Shown here one piece after another: positions 27,089-35,424 of a stretch of DNA of 35,424 nt. The notes under the pieces were generated by a model. That model was not told the DNA's origin, made no database searches, and saw nothing but the letters and a program-made list of their open reading frames with translations. This DNA comes from a candidate division WOR-3 bacterium (GTDB taxonomy: Bacteria > Hydrothermota > Hydrothermia > Hydrothermales > Hydrothermaceae). The stretch lies in the NCBI GenBank assembly GCA_039803745.1, contig JBDRZD010000012.1, forward strand, positions 1 through 35,424, read 5' to 3'. The stretch's first letter is position 1; every line of letters begins with the position of its first letter. The position numbers were made by a program, and so were the translations under genes.

Positions 27089-28030
27089 ATGAAAAAAATT
27101 TTTGTTAAAGAACTTGAAAAGGGATTATTTGAGGATATTTTTGCTTTAAGAAAAATAAGAAAAAAAGAGAAAAGAGAAGGTGGATATTTTTATGAACTTT
27201 ATATTTCAGATAAGACAGGTGAGATGAGGGCTTACATTTTTGAAAATATAGAAAATTTTGAGAAGATTTTAAAGGAAGGTATTTTTAAAATTAAAGGCGA
27301 AGTTTTTGAAAGGGATGGGGAAATTGTATGTAAATTGTATGAGGCAAATGAAATAGAGGAAATTGACTTAAGAGAAATTCTACCTTCCTCTCCAAGAGAT
27401 ATAAATGAGATGGAAAATATGCTTGAAGCAATTATCATTACTATTGAAAATGAGTATTTAAGGAAATTGCTTGATACTGTTTTTAACGATCCTTTTATAA
27501 GAAAAGAATTTTTAAGGGCTCCTGCTGCAAAGAAAATACACCATGCCTATATTGGTGGCTTAATTGAGCATACATTGAATGTTGTCCGTATACTTGAAGT
27601 TCTTATAGAAGTTTATCCTGAAATAAAAAGGGATATTTTGATAACAGGGGCACTTTTACATGATATCGGGAAGATAAAAACTTATGAATATAGAACTGGA
27701 ATTGACCTTTCTGATGAAGGAAGGCTTTTAGATCATATTTATCTTGGAATAAAAATAGTTGATGAGAAAATAAATAAAATAAATAATTTTCCAGAGAATT
27801 TAAAATTGAGAATTTTGCATATGATTGCTTCCCATCATGGAGAAAAAAGCATGGGTGCAATAGCCGAACCGATGACAGAAGAAGCCCTTCTTTTACATTT
27901 TGCTGATTATATGGATACACAGATGTTTAAATTTAAAAAAGCAAGAGAGGAAAGTAAAGAAGGAGCAAGATGGTCAGAATACCAAAAGGATTTACAAAGA
28001 TATGTTTTCTTAGGAGGTGAAGAGGAATGA
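27089..28030 (+). CDS. yhaM: YhaM/Cbf1-like OB-fold + HD-domain 3'-5' exoribonuclease
   Basis: N-terminal OB fold (SDKTG), [40 protein letters not shown]. Confidence 0.88.
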   Translation: MKKIFVKELEKGLFEDIFALRKIRKKEKREGGYFYELYISDKTGEMRAYIFENIENFEKILKEGIFKIKGEVFERDGEIVCKLYEANEIEEIDLREILPSSPRDINEMENMLEAIIITIENEYLRKLLDTVFNDPFIRKEFLRAPAAKKIHHAYIGGLIEHTLNVVRILEVLIEVYPEIKRDILITGALLHDIGKIKTYEYRTGIDLSDEGRLLDHIYLGIKIVDEKINKINNFPENLKLRILHMIASHHGEKSMGAIAEPMTEEALLLHFADYMDTQMFKFKKAREESKEGARWSEYQKDLQRYVFLGGEEE

Positions 28031-30945
28031 TTTTTAAAAATATTTTGAAAAAAATATTTGTTTCAAGAAATGAAAGGGTTTTAAGGAAATTATGGCCTTA
28101 TGTTCATAAGATAAACGAAATATATGAGAAAATACATAATATAAGAGATGAAGATCTAATTAAAAAGACAGAGGAATGGAAAAAAGCAGTACAAAAAGGA
28201 GAAATAACTCTTGATGATATAATGATTGAGGCATATGCTTATGTAAAAGAAGCATGCAGAAGACTTGTTGGGAAATCTTGGGAAGTTTGTGGAATAAAAA
28301 CTGAATGGGATATGATACCCTTTGATGTTCAACTTATCGGAGCAATTGTTCTTCATCAGGGTAAAATAGCAGAGATGGCAACAGGAGAAGGTAAAACCCT
28401 TGTTGCAACAATGCCCCTTTATTTAAATGCATTAACAGGAAGAAACTGTCATCTTGTTACTGTGAATGATTATCTTGCAAAAAGAGACAGGGAATGGATG
28501 GGTCCTGTTTATGAATCCCTTGGGGTAAGTGTTGGAGTAATACAGGCAGGAATGGAGCCTTCTGAAAGAAAGCCTGAATATGAAAAAGATATTACTTATG
28601 GAACAAATAACGAATTTGGATTTGATTATTTAAGGGATAATATGGTATTTAGAAAAGAGGATAGGGTTCAAAGAGGTCATTACTATGCAATAGTTGACGA
28701 GGTTGATTCAATATTAATAGATGAGGCAAGAACACCACTTATAATTTCAGGTCCTGTAGAAAGATCAACAAACTATGTTTATGTTAAAGCAAGACCGTTT
28801 GTGGAAGAAATTGTAAGAAAACAAAATTTGCTTATAAACAATATATTACAGGATGCTGAAAGACTTTTAAAAGAAGGGAATAAGGAAGAAGCTGCTAAAA
28901 AACTTTTACTTGCAAAAAGGGGTGCTCCAAAATCAAAAAGGCTCTTTAAACTTCTGCAAGAGCCTGATATGATGAGACTTGTTGAGAATGTTGAACTTTC
29001 TTTGATGAAGGAGAAAAAACTTCATGAATTTGACCAAGCGCTTTACTATGTTATTGATGAAAAGGCTCATTCAGTTGATATAACTGAAAAAGGAAGAGAG
29101 GAAATACATAAAAGGGAAAAGGATTTATTTTTGCTTCCTGATTTAAGTATAGAACTTCATGAAATAGATAAAAGAGAGGATCTAACTCCAAGGGAAAAGT
29201 TTTTTGAAAAAGAAAGAATTTTAAGAGAGTATTCTGAAAAATCAGAAAAAATTCATGCAATAAAGCAGCTCTTTAAAGCATATTCTCTCTTTGAAAAAGA
29301 TGTTGATTATGTTGTAATGGATGGTAAGGTTATAATAGTTGATGAGTTTACTGGAAGGCTTATGTATGGAAGAAGATGGTCAGATGGATTACATGAAGCA
29401 GTTGAAGCAAAGGAAGGTGTAACAATTCAAAAAGAAACACAAACCCTTGCAACAATTACAATTCAAAATTATTTCAGGATGTATGAAAAACTTGCAGGAA
29501 TGACAGGAACAGCAATAACAGAGGCTGCTGAATTCTGGGAAATATATAAACTTGATGTGGTTGTTATACCAACAAATAAGCCATGTATAAGGCAGGATTT
29601 ACCTGATATAATCTTTAAAACTAAAAAACAGAAATTTAAGGCAGTTGTTGATGAAGTTAAAAAATGGTATTCAATTGGAAGACCTGTTCTTGTAGGAACA
29701 ACTTCTGTTGAAACTTCTGAATTTTTATCAAGACTTCTTAAAAAGGAGAATATTCCCCATCATGTTTTAAATGCAAAGCACCATCAGAAAGAAGCAGAGA
29801 TAGTTGCAAGGGCAGGTCAAAAATATGCTGTTACAATAGCAACTAATATGGCAGGAAGAGGAACCGATATCAAACTTGGTGAAGGGGTTAAAGAACTTGG
29901 AGGGCTTATGATAATAGGAACAGAAAAGCATGAAGCAAGAAGAATAGATAGGCAATTAAGGGGAAGAGCAGGAAGACAGGGTGACCCTGGAACTACAAAA
30001 TTTTTCCTTTCCTTAGAGGATGACCTTTTAAGACTTTTTGGCTCTGATAAAGTAATGGCTTTAATGGAAAGATTTGGTTCAAAGGATGAGGGTCCTATTG
30101 AAAGCAAAATGGTGACAAAAGCACTTGAAACTGCTCAAAAAAGAGTTGAGATGCAGAATTTTGAAATAAGGAAAAGACTTTTAGAATTTGATGATGTGAT
30201 GAATAAACAGAGGGAAGTTATTTATGGTTTAAGAAATGAAATACTTGATGGTTCTGATGTTAAGAAGTATATAATGGAATATATAGAGGATATAGTTATG
30301 GAAATAATAGAAAAATATTGTCCAACTGATTATAAAGAGGATTGGGATACCCTTAATTTAAAAGGTGAACTTGGTTTTTATTTCCTTTCTGATTTTAAAG
30401 GAATTGAGGAGGCTAAAAATAGGGAAGAATTGAAGGAACTAATAATGAAAGAAATAGAAGTTATTTATAAAGAAAGGGAAGAACTAATAGGCGAGGATAG
30501 AATGAGAGAGCTTGAAAGGATGGCTTTACTTTATACACTTGATGAAGCATGGAGAGACCATCTTTATTCATTAGATCATTTAAGAGAAGGTATATATTTA
30601 AGGGCTTATGGTCAAAAGGATCCTCTTGTTGAATATAAGCAAGAAAGTTATAAGATGTTTGAAGAACTTATGAGAAGAATAAGAAATGAAACAGTGAATA
30701 GGGTTTTAAAGGTTCAAGTTGCTCAGGTTCCGAGAAAGACCTTAGAGAAGATTAGAGCAGAGCATCCAGAGTTTTCAAGAGTAAGTTCTGAAAAGAAAAT
30801 AGAGCCTGCAAGGATAAGAAAGGAAGAAAGTGAAGAAATTGTTAGAAGACCATTTATAAGAGAGATTCCAAAAGTTGGGAGAAACGACCCCTGTCCTTGT
30901 GGAAGTGGTAAAAAGTATAAACATTGTCATGGGAAAGGGGGATAA
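28027..30945 (+). CDS. secA: Preprotein translocase ATPase SecA
   Basis: [54 protein letters not shown]-terminal [22 protein letters not shown]. Confidence 0.98.
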   Translation: MIFKNILKKIFVSRNERVLRKLWPYVHKINEIYEKIHNIRDEDLIKKTEEWKKAVQKGEITLDDIMIEAYAYVKEACRRLVGKSWEVCGIKTEWDMIPFDVQLIGAIVLHQGKIAEMATGEGKTLVATMPLYLNALTGRNCHLVTVNDYLAKRDREWMGPVYESLGVSVGVIQAGMEPSERKPEYEKDITYGTNNEFGFDYLRDNMVFRKEDRVQRGHYYAIVDEVDSILIDEARTPLIISGPVERSTNYVYVKARPFVEEIVRKQNLLINNILQDAERLLKEGNKEEAAKKLLLAKRGAPKSKRLFKLLQEPDMMRLVENVELSLMKEKKLHEFDQALYYVIDEKAHSVDITEKGREEIHKREKDLFLLPDLSIELHEIDKREDLTPREKFFEKERILREYSEKSEKIHAIKQLFKAYSLFEKDVDYVVMDGKVIIVDEFTGRLMYGRRWSDGLHEAVEAKEGVTIQKETQTLATITIQNYFRMYEKLAGMTGTAITEAAEFWEIYKLDVVVIPTNKPCIRQDLPDIIFKTKKQKFKAVVDEVKKWYSIGRPVLVGTTSVETSEFLSRLLKKENIPHHVLNAKHHQKEAEIVARAGQKYAVTIATNMAGRGTDIKLGEGVKELGGLMIIGTEKHEARRIDRQLRGRAGRQGDPGTTKFFLSLEDDLLRLFGSDKVMALMERFGSKDEGPIESKMVTKALETAQKRVEMQNFEIRKRLLEFDDVMNKQREVIYGLRNEILDGSDVKKYIMEYIEDIVMEIIEKYCPTDYKEDWDTLNLKGELGFYFLSDFKGIEEAKNREELKELIMKEIEVIYKEREELIGEDRMRELERMALLYTLDEAWRDHLYSLDHLREGIYLRAYGQKDPLVEYKQESYKMFEELMRRIRNETVNRVLKVQVAQVPRKTLEKIRAEHPEFSRVSSEKKIEPARIRKEESEEIVRRPFIREIPKVGRNDPCPCGSGKKYKHCHGKGG

Positions 30946-30950
30946 AAATT

Positions 30951-31448
30951 ATGGGAAGAGGAAAAGATACAAGAAAATATGATGAAAAATTAAAGGATCC
31001 TTATATGGATAAAGGGATCTATAAAGATCCTACAGTTTGTCCAAGTTGTGGACTTGTTTTTCATCAAAAAAGATGGGTTAAGGATGAAAAACTCGCTCAG
31101 GAATTGAGCGAGAGAGGAATTAAGTTTGATTTAAAGGATTGCCCTGCTTGCAGAAAAATAAAGGATAATTATCCTTTTGGGATTCTTGAGGTGAATGCAA
31201 AATATGTAAAAACAAAAAAAGAAGAAATTAATAATTTAATAAGAAATGTAGTTGAATTAGAACAAAAAAGAAATCCCCTTGAAAAGATCATGAAATTGAA
31301 TTTTGATGAAGAGAGGATATATATTGAGACAACAACGGGTCATCTCTCAAAAAAACTGGGTATGAAAATAAAGAAGGCATTTGGTGGAAATTTAAAAATA
31401 AATTTTTCTTCAGATCAAAGGCTTGTAAGAGTAAGTTTGACTGATTGA
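30951..31448 (+). CDS. BCAM0308-family putative zinc-binding protein
   Basis: DPY...DPTVCPSCG.VF...RW...CPACRKI.D.YP.G, NPLE.IM, IETT; start at ATG 30951 after a GGGGG SD. Confidence 0.75.
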   Translation: MGRGKDTRKYDEKLKDPYMDKGIYKDPTVCPSCGLVFHQKRWVKDEKLAQELSERGIKFDLKDCPACRKIKDNYPFGILEVNAKYVKTKKEEINNLIRNVVELEQKRNPLEKIMKLNFDEERIYIETTTGHLSKKLGMKIKKAFGGNLKINFSSDQRLVRVSLTD

Positions 31449-32230
31449 TCAAATTTTTTAATAAAATTTTCAAAAAAAGGGATGAGATAGAATTAATAGA
31501 GAAACTTCTTTTATCGCTTAATAAAAGAAAAAGGATAAGTGAGTTAGAAAGTGAATTCATTTTGAAAATTTTAAAGGCTAAAGAAAAATCTGTTGGAGAG
31601 ATAATTGTTCCAAGAGTAGATATGGTTTTTTTAAGAGAAAATATGACTTTAAAAGAAGCAGTTGAAATTTTTAAAAGAGAAGGTTTTTCAAAGATGCCTG
31701 TATTAGGAGAAAAAGAAGATGAGGTTATCGGCATTTTACATATAAAGGATATTTTAAAAAATGTGGAGAATTTAAATTTAAAAGTAAAAGAACTTGTGCA
31801 GGAAGCCCATTTTATTCCTGAATATAAAAAACTTTTTGATGCCTTTTCATACATGCAGAAAAATAGAATTTCAATAGCAATAGTTGTTGATGAATTTGGA
31901 AATATAAAAGGTTTGGTTACAATGGAAGACCTTCTTGAAGAGATAGTTGGAGAAATCCATGATGAATTTGATAAACCAGAAACTCTCTATAAAATTCTTT
32001 CTGATGGAAGTTATATATTCCATTCAAAAATGGGGATAAAAGAGGTTGAAAAATTATTAAATGTTTCTTTAGAAGAAAAAGATGTTTTTTCTCTTGGTGG
32101 GTTTATTATATCATTTTTAAAAAGGGTTCCTGAGAAAGGCGAAAAATTTTTATATAAAAACCTTGAATTTGAAATTGTTGAAGGCACATCACAAAGAATA
32201 AAATTTGTTAAGGTAAAGAAAATAACTTGA
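31445..32230 (+). CDS. CorC/HlyC family CBS-pair protein (no DUF21 membrane domain)
   Basis: IIVPRVDM, GFSKMPV, VVDEFG...GLVTMEDLLEEIVGEIHDEFD, C-terminal CorC_HlyC domain. Confidence 0.88.
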   Translation: MIKFFNKIFKKRDEIELIEKLLLSLNKRKRISELESEFILKILKAKEKSVGEIIVPRVDMVFLRENMTLKEAVEIFKREGFSKMPVLGEKEDEVIGILHIKDILKNVENLNLKVKELVQEAHFIPEYKKLFDAFSYMQKNRISIAIVVDEFGNIKGLVTMEDLLEEIVGEIHDEFDKPETLYKILSDGSYIFHSKMGIKEVEKLLNVSLEEKDVFSLGGFIISFLKRVPEKGEKFLYKNLEFEIVEGTSQRIKFVKVKKIT

Positions 32231-32276
32231 AATTTTGAATAAATTACCTTATTATTAAGTTTTTAAATAGGAGGTG
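32227..32276 (+). promoter_or_regulatory. Promoter (TTGAAA-17-TATTAT) and SD AGGAGGTG for the disulfide oxidoreductase operon
   Basis: -35 at 32227-32232, -10 at 32250-32255, SD at 32269-32276. Confidence 0.55.
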
Positions 32277-32280
32277 AAAT

Positions 32281-32937
32281 ATGACACTTTTAAATGAAGA
32301 GCAGAGAGAAATAGTGAGAAGTTACCTCGAAAAAGAGATGAAGGGAAATACAAAGATACTCTTTTTTACTCAAACAGTAAATTGTGAGTATTGTCCAGAT
32401 ACAGAAATGATACTTAAAGAAGTTTCAGAACTTTCTGATAAAATAACTCTGGAGATAAAAAATTTTTTATCTGATGAAGAAGATGCAAAAAAATATGGAA
32501 TAGAAAGGGTTCCTGCAATTGTTTTTTTAAAAGGGGATGGTGAGGACACTGGAATAAGATTTTATGGAATACCTTCAGGTTATGAATTTACATCATTGAT
32601 AGAAACGATTATAATGGTTTCAAGGAACGATTCGGGATTGAATGAAAAAATTAAGGAAAAGATAAAAAATATTGATAAAGAAATAAATATAAAAGTATTT
32701 GTTACTCCATCTTGCCCATATTGTCCAAGAATGGCTGTTCTTGCAAATAAAGTTGCCCTTGAGAATAAGAATATAAAAACAAATGTTATAGAAGTTATTG
32801 AATTTCCAGAACTCGGTGAAAAATATAATGTTTTTGGTGTTCCAAAGACAGTCATAAATGAAAATATTGAATTTGAAGGAGCAGTTCCAGAGGGATATTT
32901 TATTGAAAATCTTGAAAAGGCAACAAAGGGAGGTTAA
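32281..32937 (+). CDS. Protein disulfide oxidoreductase (two thioredoxin folds; PfPDO / AhpF N-terminal-like)
   Basis: CEYC and CPYC active sites, GIRFYGIPSGYEF, GVPKTVIN, FEGAVPE. Confidence 0.92.
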   Translation: MTLLNEEQREIVRSYLEKEMKGNTKILFFTQTVNCEYCPDTEMILKEVSELSDKITLEIKNFLSDEEDAKKYGIERVPAIVFLKGDGEDTGIRFYGIPSGYEFTSLIETIIMVSRNDSGLNEKIKEKIKNIDKEINIKVFVTPSCPYCPRMAVLANKVALENKNIKTNVIEVIEFPELGEKYNVFGVPKTVINENIEFEGAVPEGYFIENLEKATKGG

Positions 32938-32938
32938 A

Positions 32939-33142
32939 ATGAAAAGAAATGTTGGAAATATTGATAGTTGGATAAGACTTATAATAGGTGCAATCCTTTT
33001 TGGGCTCGGTGCCTTTTCAATAAGAGGTGGTTTTAAATGGATTTTAATAATTATAGGAGGTATACTTGTTTTAACATCGTTGTTTAATTATTGTCCTATT
33101 TACACAATTTTTAAAATAAGCACATATAAAAAGCAAGAATAG
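32939..33142 (+). CDS. DUF2892 / YgaP-like small membrane protein
   Basis: MKRNVG.ID..IR, two TM segments, CPIY...KIST; SD GGAGGT. Confidence 0.85.
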   Translation: MKRNVGNIDSWIRLIIGAILFGLGAFSIRGGFKWILIIIGGILVLTSLFNYCPIYTIFKISTYKKQE

Positions 33143-33156
33143 ATTTTTTAAAATAG

Positions 33157-34008
33157 ATGCCCAATCTTGCCTATATAAACGGTAAAATCTATTTACTTGA
33201 AAAGGCATATAAAATACATGTTGAAGATAGGGGTTATCAATACGGAGATGCTGTTTATGAAGCAATGAGATATGAAAAGGGAAGGATAATAAGGCTTTAT
33301 GATCATCTTGAAAGGCTTAAAAGGAATCTGGAACTTCTTGAAATACCCTTTGATTTAGATTTTGAAAAAATAAAAAAAATTTTATTAGATATAGCAAAAA
33401 GGACAAAATATGAAAAAGTTTTGCTTTATTTACAAATTTCAAGAGGGGTTTCAAAAAGGGAACATACATTTCCTGAAAAAATTTATCCCCAAATTGTTAT
33501 AACTGCAAGGGAATTTATTCCTGTTCCTGATGAAATAAGAAAGAGTGGAATTAAATGTATTACCCATTTTGATGAAAGATGGAAAAATGTCCATATAAAA
33601 ACGATAAATTTACTTCCAAATGCTATTGCAAGGGAAAGGGCAAAAAGGAAAGGTAAAAGGGATGCTATACTTTTTAAAGAAGACCTTGAAGTTAAAGAGG
33701 CTTCATCTGCAAATATTTTTATTGTTAAAGATGATGTTATTTTTACACCGCCTTTGAATGGAATTTTAGAAGGGATTACAAGAAAAGAAGTTATAGAGGC
33801 AATCAATGATTTAAAATTAAGATTTTATGAAAAAAGAATTTATTTTCATGATATATTTTTATCTGATGAAATTTTTATTTCAGGAACTTCAATAGATATT
33901 TTACCTGTTGTTGAGATTGATGATTGTAAAATAGGAAATGGAAAACCAGGTAAATTTTACTTTAAAATTTATGAAAAACTTATAGAAAACAGGGAGAAGG
34001 AGGTATAA
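33157..34008 (+). CDS. dat: D-amino-acid (D-alanine) aminotransferase, class IV PLP
   Basis: EDRGYQYGDAVYE, HLERL, YLQISRG..KREH.FP, HIKTINLL, EASSANIF, ILEGITR. Confidence 0.82.
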   Translation: MPNLAYINGKIYLLEKAYKIHVEDRGYQYGDAVYEAMRYEKGRIIRLYDHLERLKRNLELLEIPFDLDFEKIKKILLDIAKRTKYEKVLLYLQISRGVSKREHTFPEKIYPQIVITAREFIPVPDEIRKSGIKCITHFDERWKNVHIKTINLLPNAIARERAKRKGKRDAILFKEDLEVKEASSANIFIVKDDVIFTPPLNGILEGITRKEVIEAINDLKLRFYEKRIYFHDIFLSDEIFISGTSIDILPVVEIDDCKIGNGKPGKFYFKIYEKLIENREKEV

Positions 34009-34009
34009 A

Positions 34010-35424
34010 ATGGAAAAGGTGTGGAAAGGTCCATTAGAAAAGATTGATGAATATAGATGGAGAATTCCAAAGAGTTATAAATCTTCTATGAGGGTTGATG
34101 GAATAATATATGCATCTTCAAAAATGATAAATTCAATATTGCAGGATATGGCACCTGAGCAGGTTGCAAATGTTGCAACATTACCAGGAATTCAAAAATA
34201 TTCCCTTGCAATGCCAGATATTCACTGGGGATATGGATTTGCAATAGGTGGTGTTGCTGCAATGGATGAAGATGAAGGGGTTATATCACCTGGTGGTGTA
34301 GGTTATGATATAAACTGTGGAGTAAGGATTTTAAGAACAGATTTAAAATATGAAGAAGTTTTAAAATACCTTGATAAATTACTTGATTCTCTATTTTACA
34401 ATGTTCCATCAGGTGTTGGCTCAGAAGGTAAAATTAAGGTGAGTGAAAGAGAATTAAAAGAGGTGATGGTAAAAGGGGCAAGATGGGCAGTTGAAAGAGG
34501 TTTTGGATGGAAAGAGGACCTTGAAAGAACAGAAGAAAAAGGGGAGATGAAAGGAGCAAATCCTGATAAGGTTTCAAGAAGGGCAATTGAAAGGGGATTG
34601 CCTCAACTTGGCAGTCTTGGTTCAGGTAACCATTTTCTTGAACTTCAGAAAGTTGAAAAAATATTTGATAAAGAGATTGCTGAAAAGATGGGGCTTTTTG
34701 AAGGAAATGTATGTATAATGATTCACTGTGGTTCAAGAGGACTTGGGCATCAGATAGCAGATGATTATATTAAGGTTATGATGAGGGCAATGGAAAAATA
34801 TAAAATTTCTTTACCTGATAAACAACTTGCCTGTGCACCATTTAAATCACCAGAAGGGCAGGATTACTTTTCTGCAATGATATGTGCAGCAAATTATGCA
34901 TGGTGCAACAGGCAAATGATAGCCCACTGGGTAAGGGAAAGTTTTGAAAAAGTTTTTGGTAAATCTTCCGAAGAACTTGGAATGAAAATGATATATGATG
35001 TTGCTCATAATATTGCAAAAAGGGAGATTCATATAATAGATAATAAAGAAAAAAGTGTTATTGTTCACAGAAAAGGTGCAACAAGGGCATTCCCTAAAAA
35101 TCATAAAGATGTTCCAGATTGCTATAAAGATATAGGTCAGCCTGTTCTAATTCCTGGAAGCATGGGAACAGGCTCATATATTCTTGTTGGAACAGAAAAA
35201 GCAATGGAAGAAACCTTTGGTTCAACATGCCATGGTGCAGGAAGGGTTTTATCAAGGAGTGCAGCAATAAAAAGGGCAAAAGGAAGGGATATTGAAGCAG
35301 AACTTAAAAAAGTGGGGGTAAAATTAAAGGCTGCATCAAAAGAAACAGTATGGGAAGAAATACCCGAGGCATATAAAAACTTGGATATGGTTGTTGAAGT
35401 TGTTCATGGGGCAGGAATTTCAAA
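34010..35424 (+). CDS. rtcB: RNA-splicing/repair ligase RtcB (long archaeal-like type), runs off the window end
   Basis: My own translation from ATG 34010 (SD AAGGAGGT): MPDIHWGYGFAIGG, GGVGYDINCG, GSGNHFLE, HCGSRGLGH, HNIAK, VHRKGATR, PGSMG, STCHGAGR. Confidence 0.95.
   Translation, partial: MEKVWKGPLEKIDEYRWRIPKSYKSSMRVDGIIYASSKMINSILQDMAPEQVANVATLPGIQKYSLAMPDIHWGYGFAIGGVAAMDEDEGVISPGGVGYDINCGVRILRTDLKYEEVLKYLDKLLDSLFYNVPSGVGSEGKIKVSERELKEVMVKGARWAVERGFGWKEDLERTEEKGEMKGANPDKVSRRAIERGLPQLGSLGSGNHFLELQKVEKIFDKEIAEKMGLFEGNVCIMIHCGSRGLGHQIADDYIKVMMRAMEKYKISLPDKQLACAPFKSPEGQDYFSAMICAANYAWCNRQMIAHWVRESFEKVFGKSSEELGMKMIYDVAHNIAKREIHIIDNKEKSVIVHRKGATRAFPKNHKDVPDCYKDIGQPVLIPGSMGTGSYILVGTEKAMEETFGSTCHGAGRVLSRSAAIKRAKGRDIEAELKKVGVKLKAASKETVWEEIPEAYKNLDMVVEVVHGAGIS

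Noticed and set aside
31288..31854. 188-aa antisense ORF and the other short antisense or alternate-frame ORFs in the track
   Set aside because: F/S/I/L-rich shadows of K/E-rich genes on the opposite strand, with no motifs or SD.
34290..34330. Intein in RtcB at the DINC site as in Pyrococcus
   Set aside because: The sequence reads GGVGYDINCGVR without interruption.
1..35424. CRISPR array, IS element, prophage, selenoprotein or alternative genetic code
   Set aside because: No spaced direct repeats or mobile genes seen; TGA, TAA and TAG all end full-length proteins, and redox motifs use ordinary Cys codons.

Overview
Gene-dense, very AT-rich bacterial chromosome segment. K/E/I-rich proteins plus GC-rich structural RNAs suggest a thermophilic anaerobe (inference; taxon not determinable here, although the SecA looks FCB/PVC-like and several enzymes look archaeal-like). 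Contents in order: a partial ORF and tRNA-Pro(TGG); a methionine region where an operon (YitJ-type homocysteine methyltransferase/MTHFR fusion, MA1821/MA1822-type aspartate-semialdehyde sulfurtransferase pair, UPF0280/ApbE-like protein) converges on a split MetE; a long minus-strand run (ftsX, envC-like, J-TPR, TPR, ribBA, ribH, pyrC, PmbA-like, TPR lipoprotein, argF, ALDH, class-III aminotransferase); 7Fe ferredoxin, tmRNA, nitroreductase, GlcD-like FAD/FeS fusion; gctAB-like CoA-transferase with DegV and a fragmented FakA; acylphosphatase, YhaM-like nuclease, secA, BCAM0308-like, CorC-like, protein disulfide oxidoreductase, DUF2892, dat and partial rtcB. No CRISPR, IS element or prophage seen. 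Most notable: (1) the first met-operon gene has a strong SD but no in-frame ATG/GTG/TTG, and the SD and start lie in a possible small pseudoknot; (2) back-to-back palindromic -35 divergent promoters with 18-bp spacers, several driving apparently leaderless mRNAs; (3) CCA-less tRNA and tmRNA each followed directly by an SD-less ORF; (4) a three-piece, reordered fatty-acid-kinase-like module coupled to a CoA-transferase and acylphosphatase.
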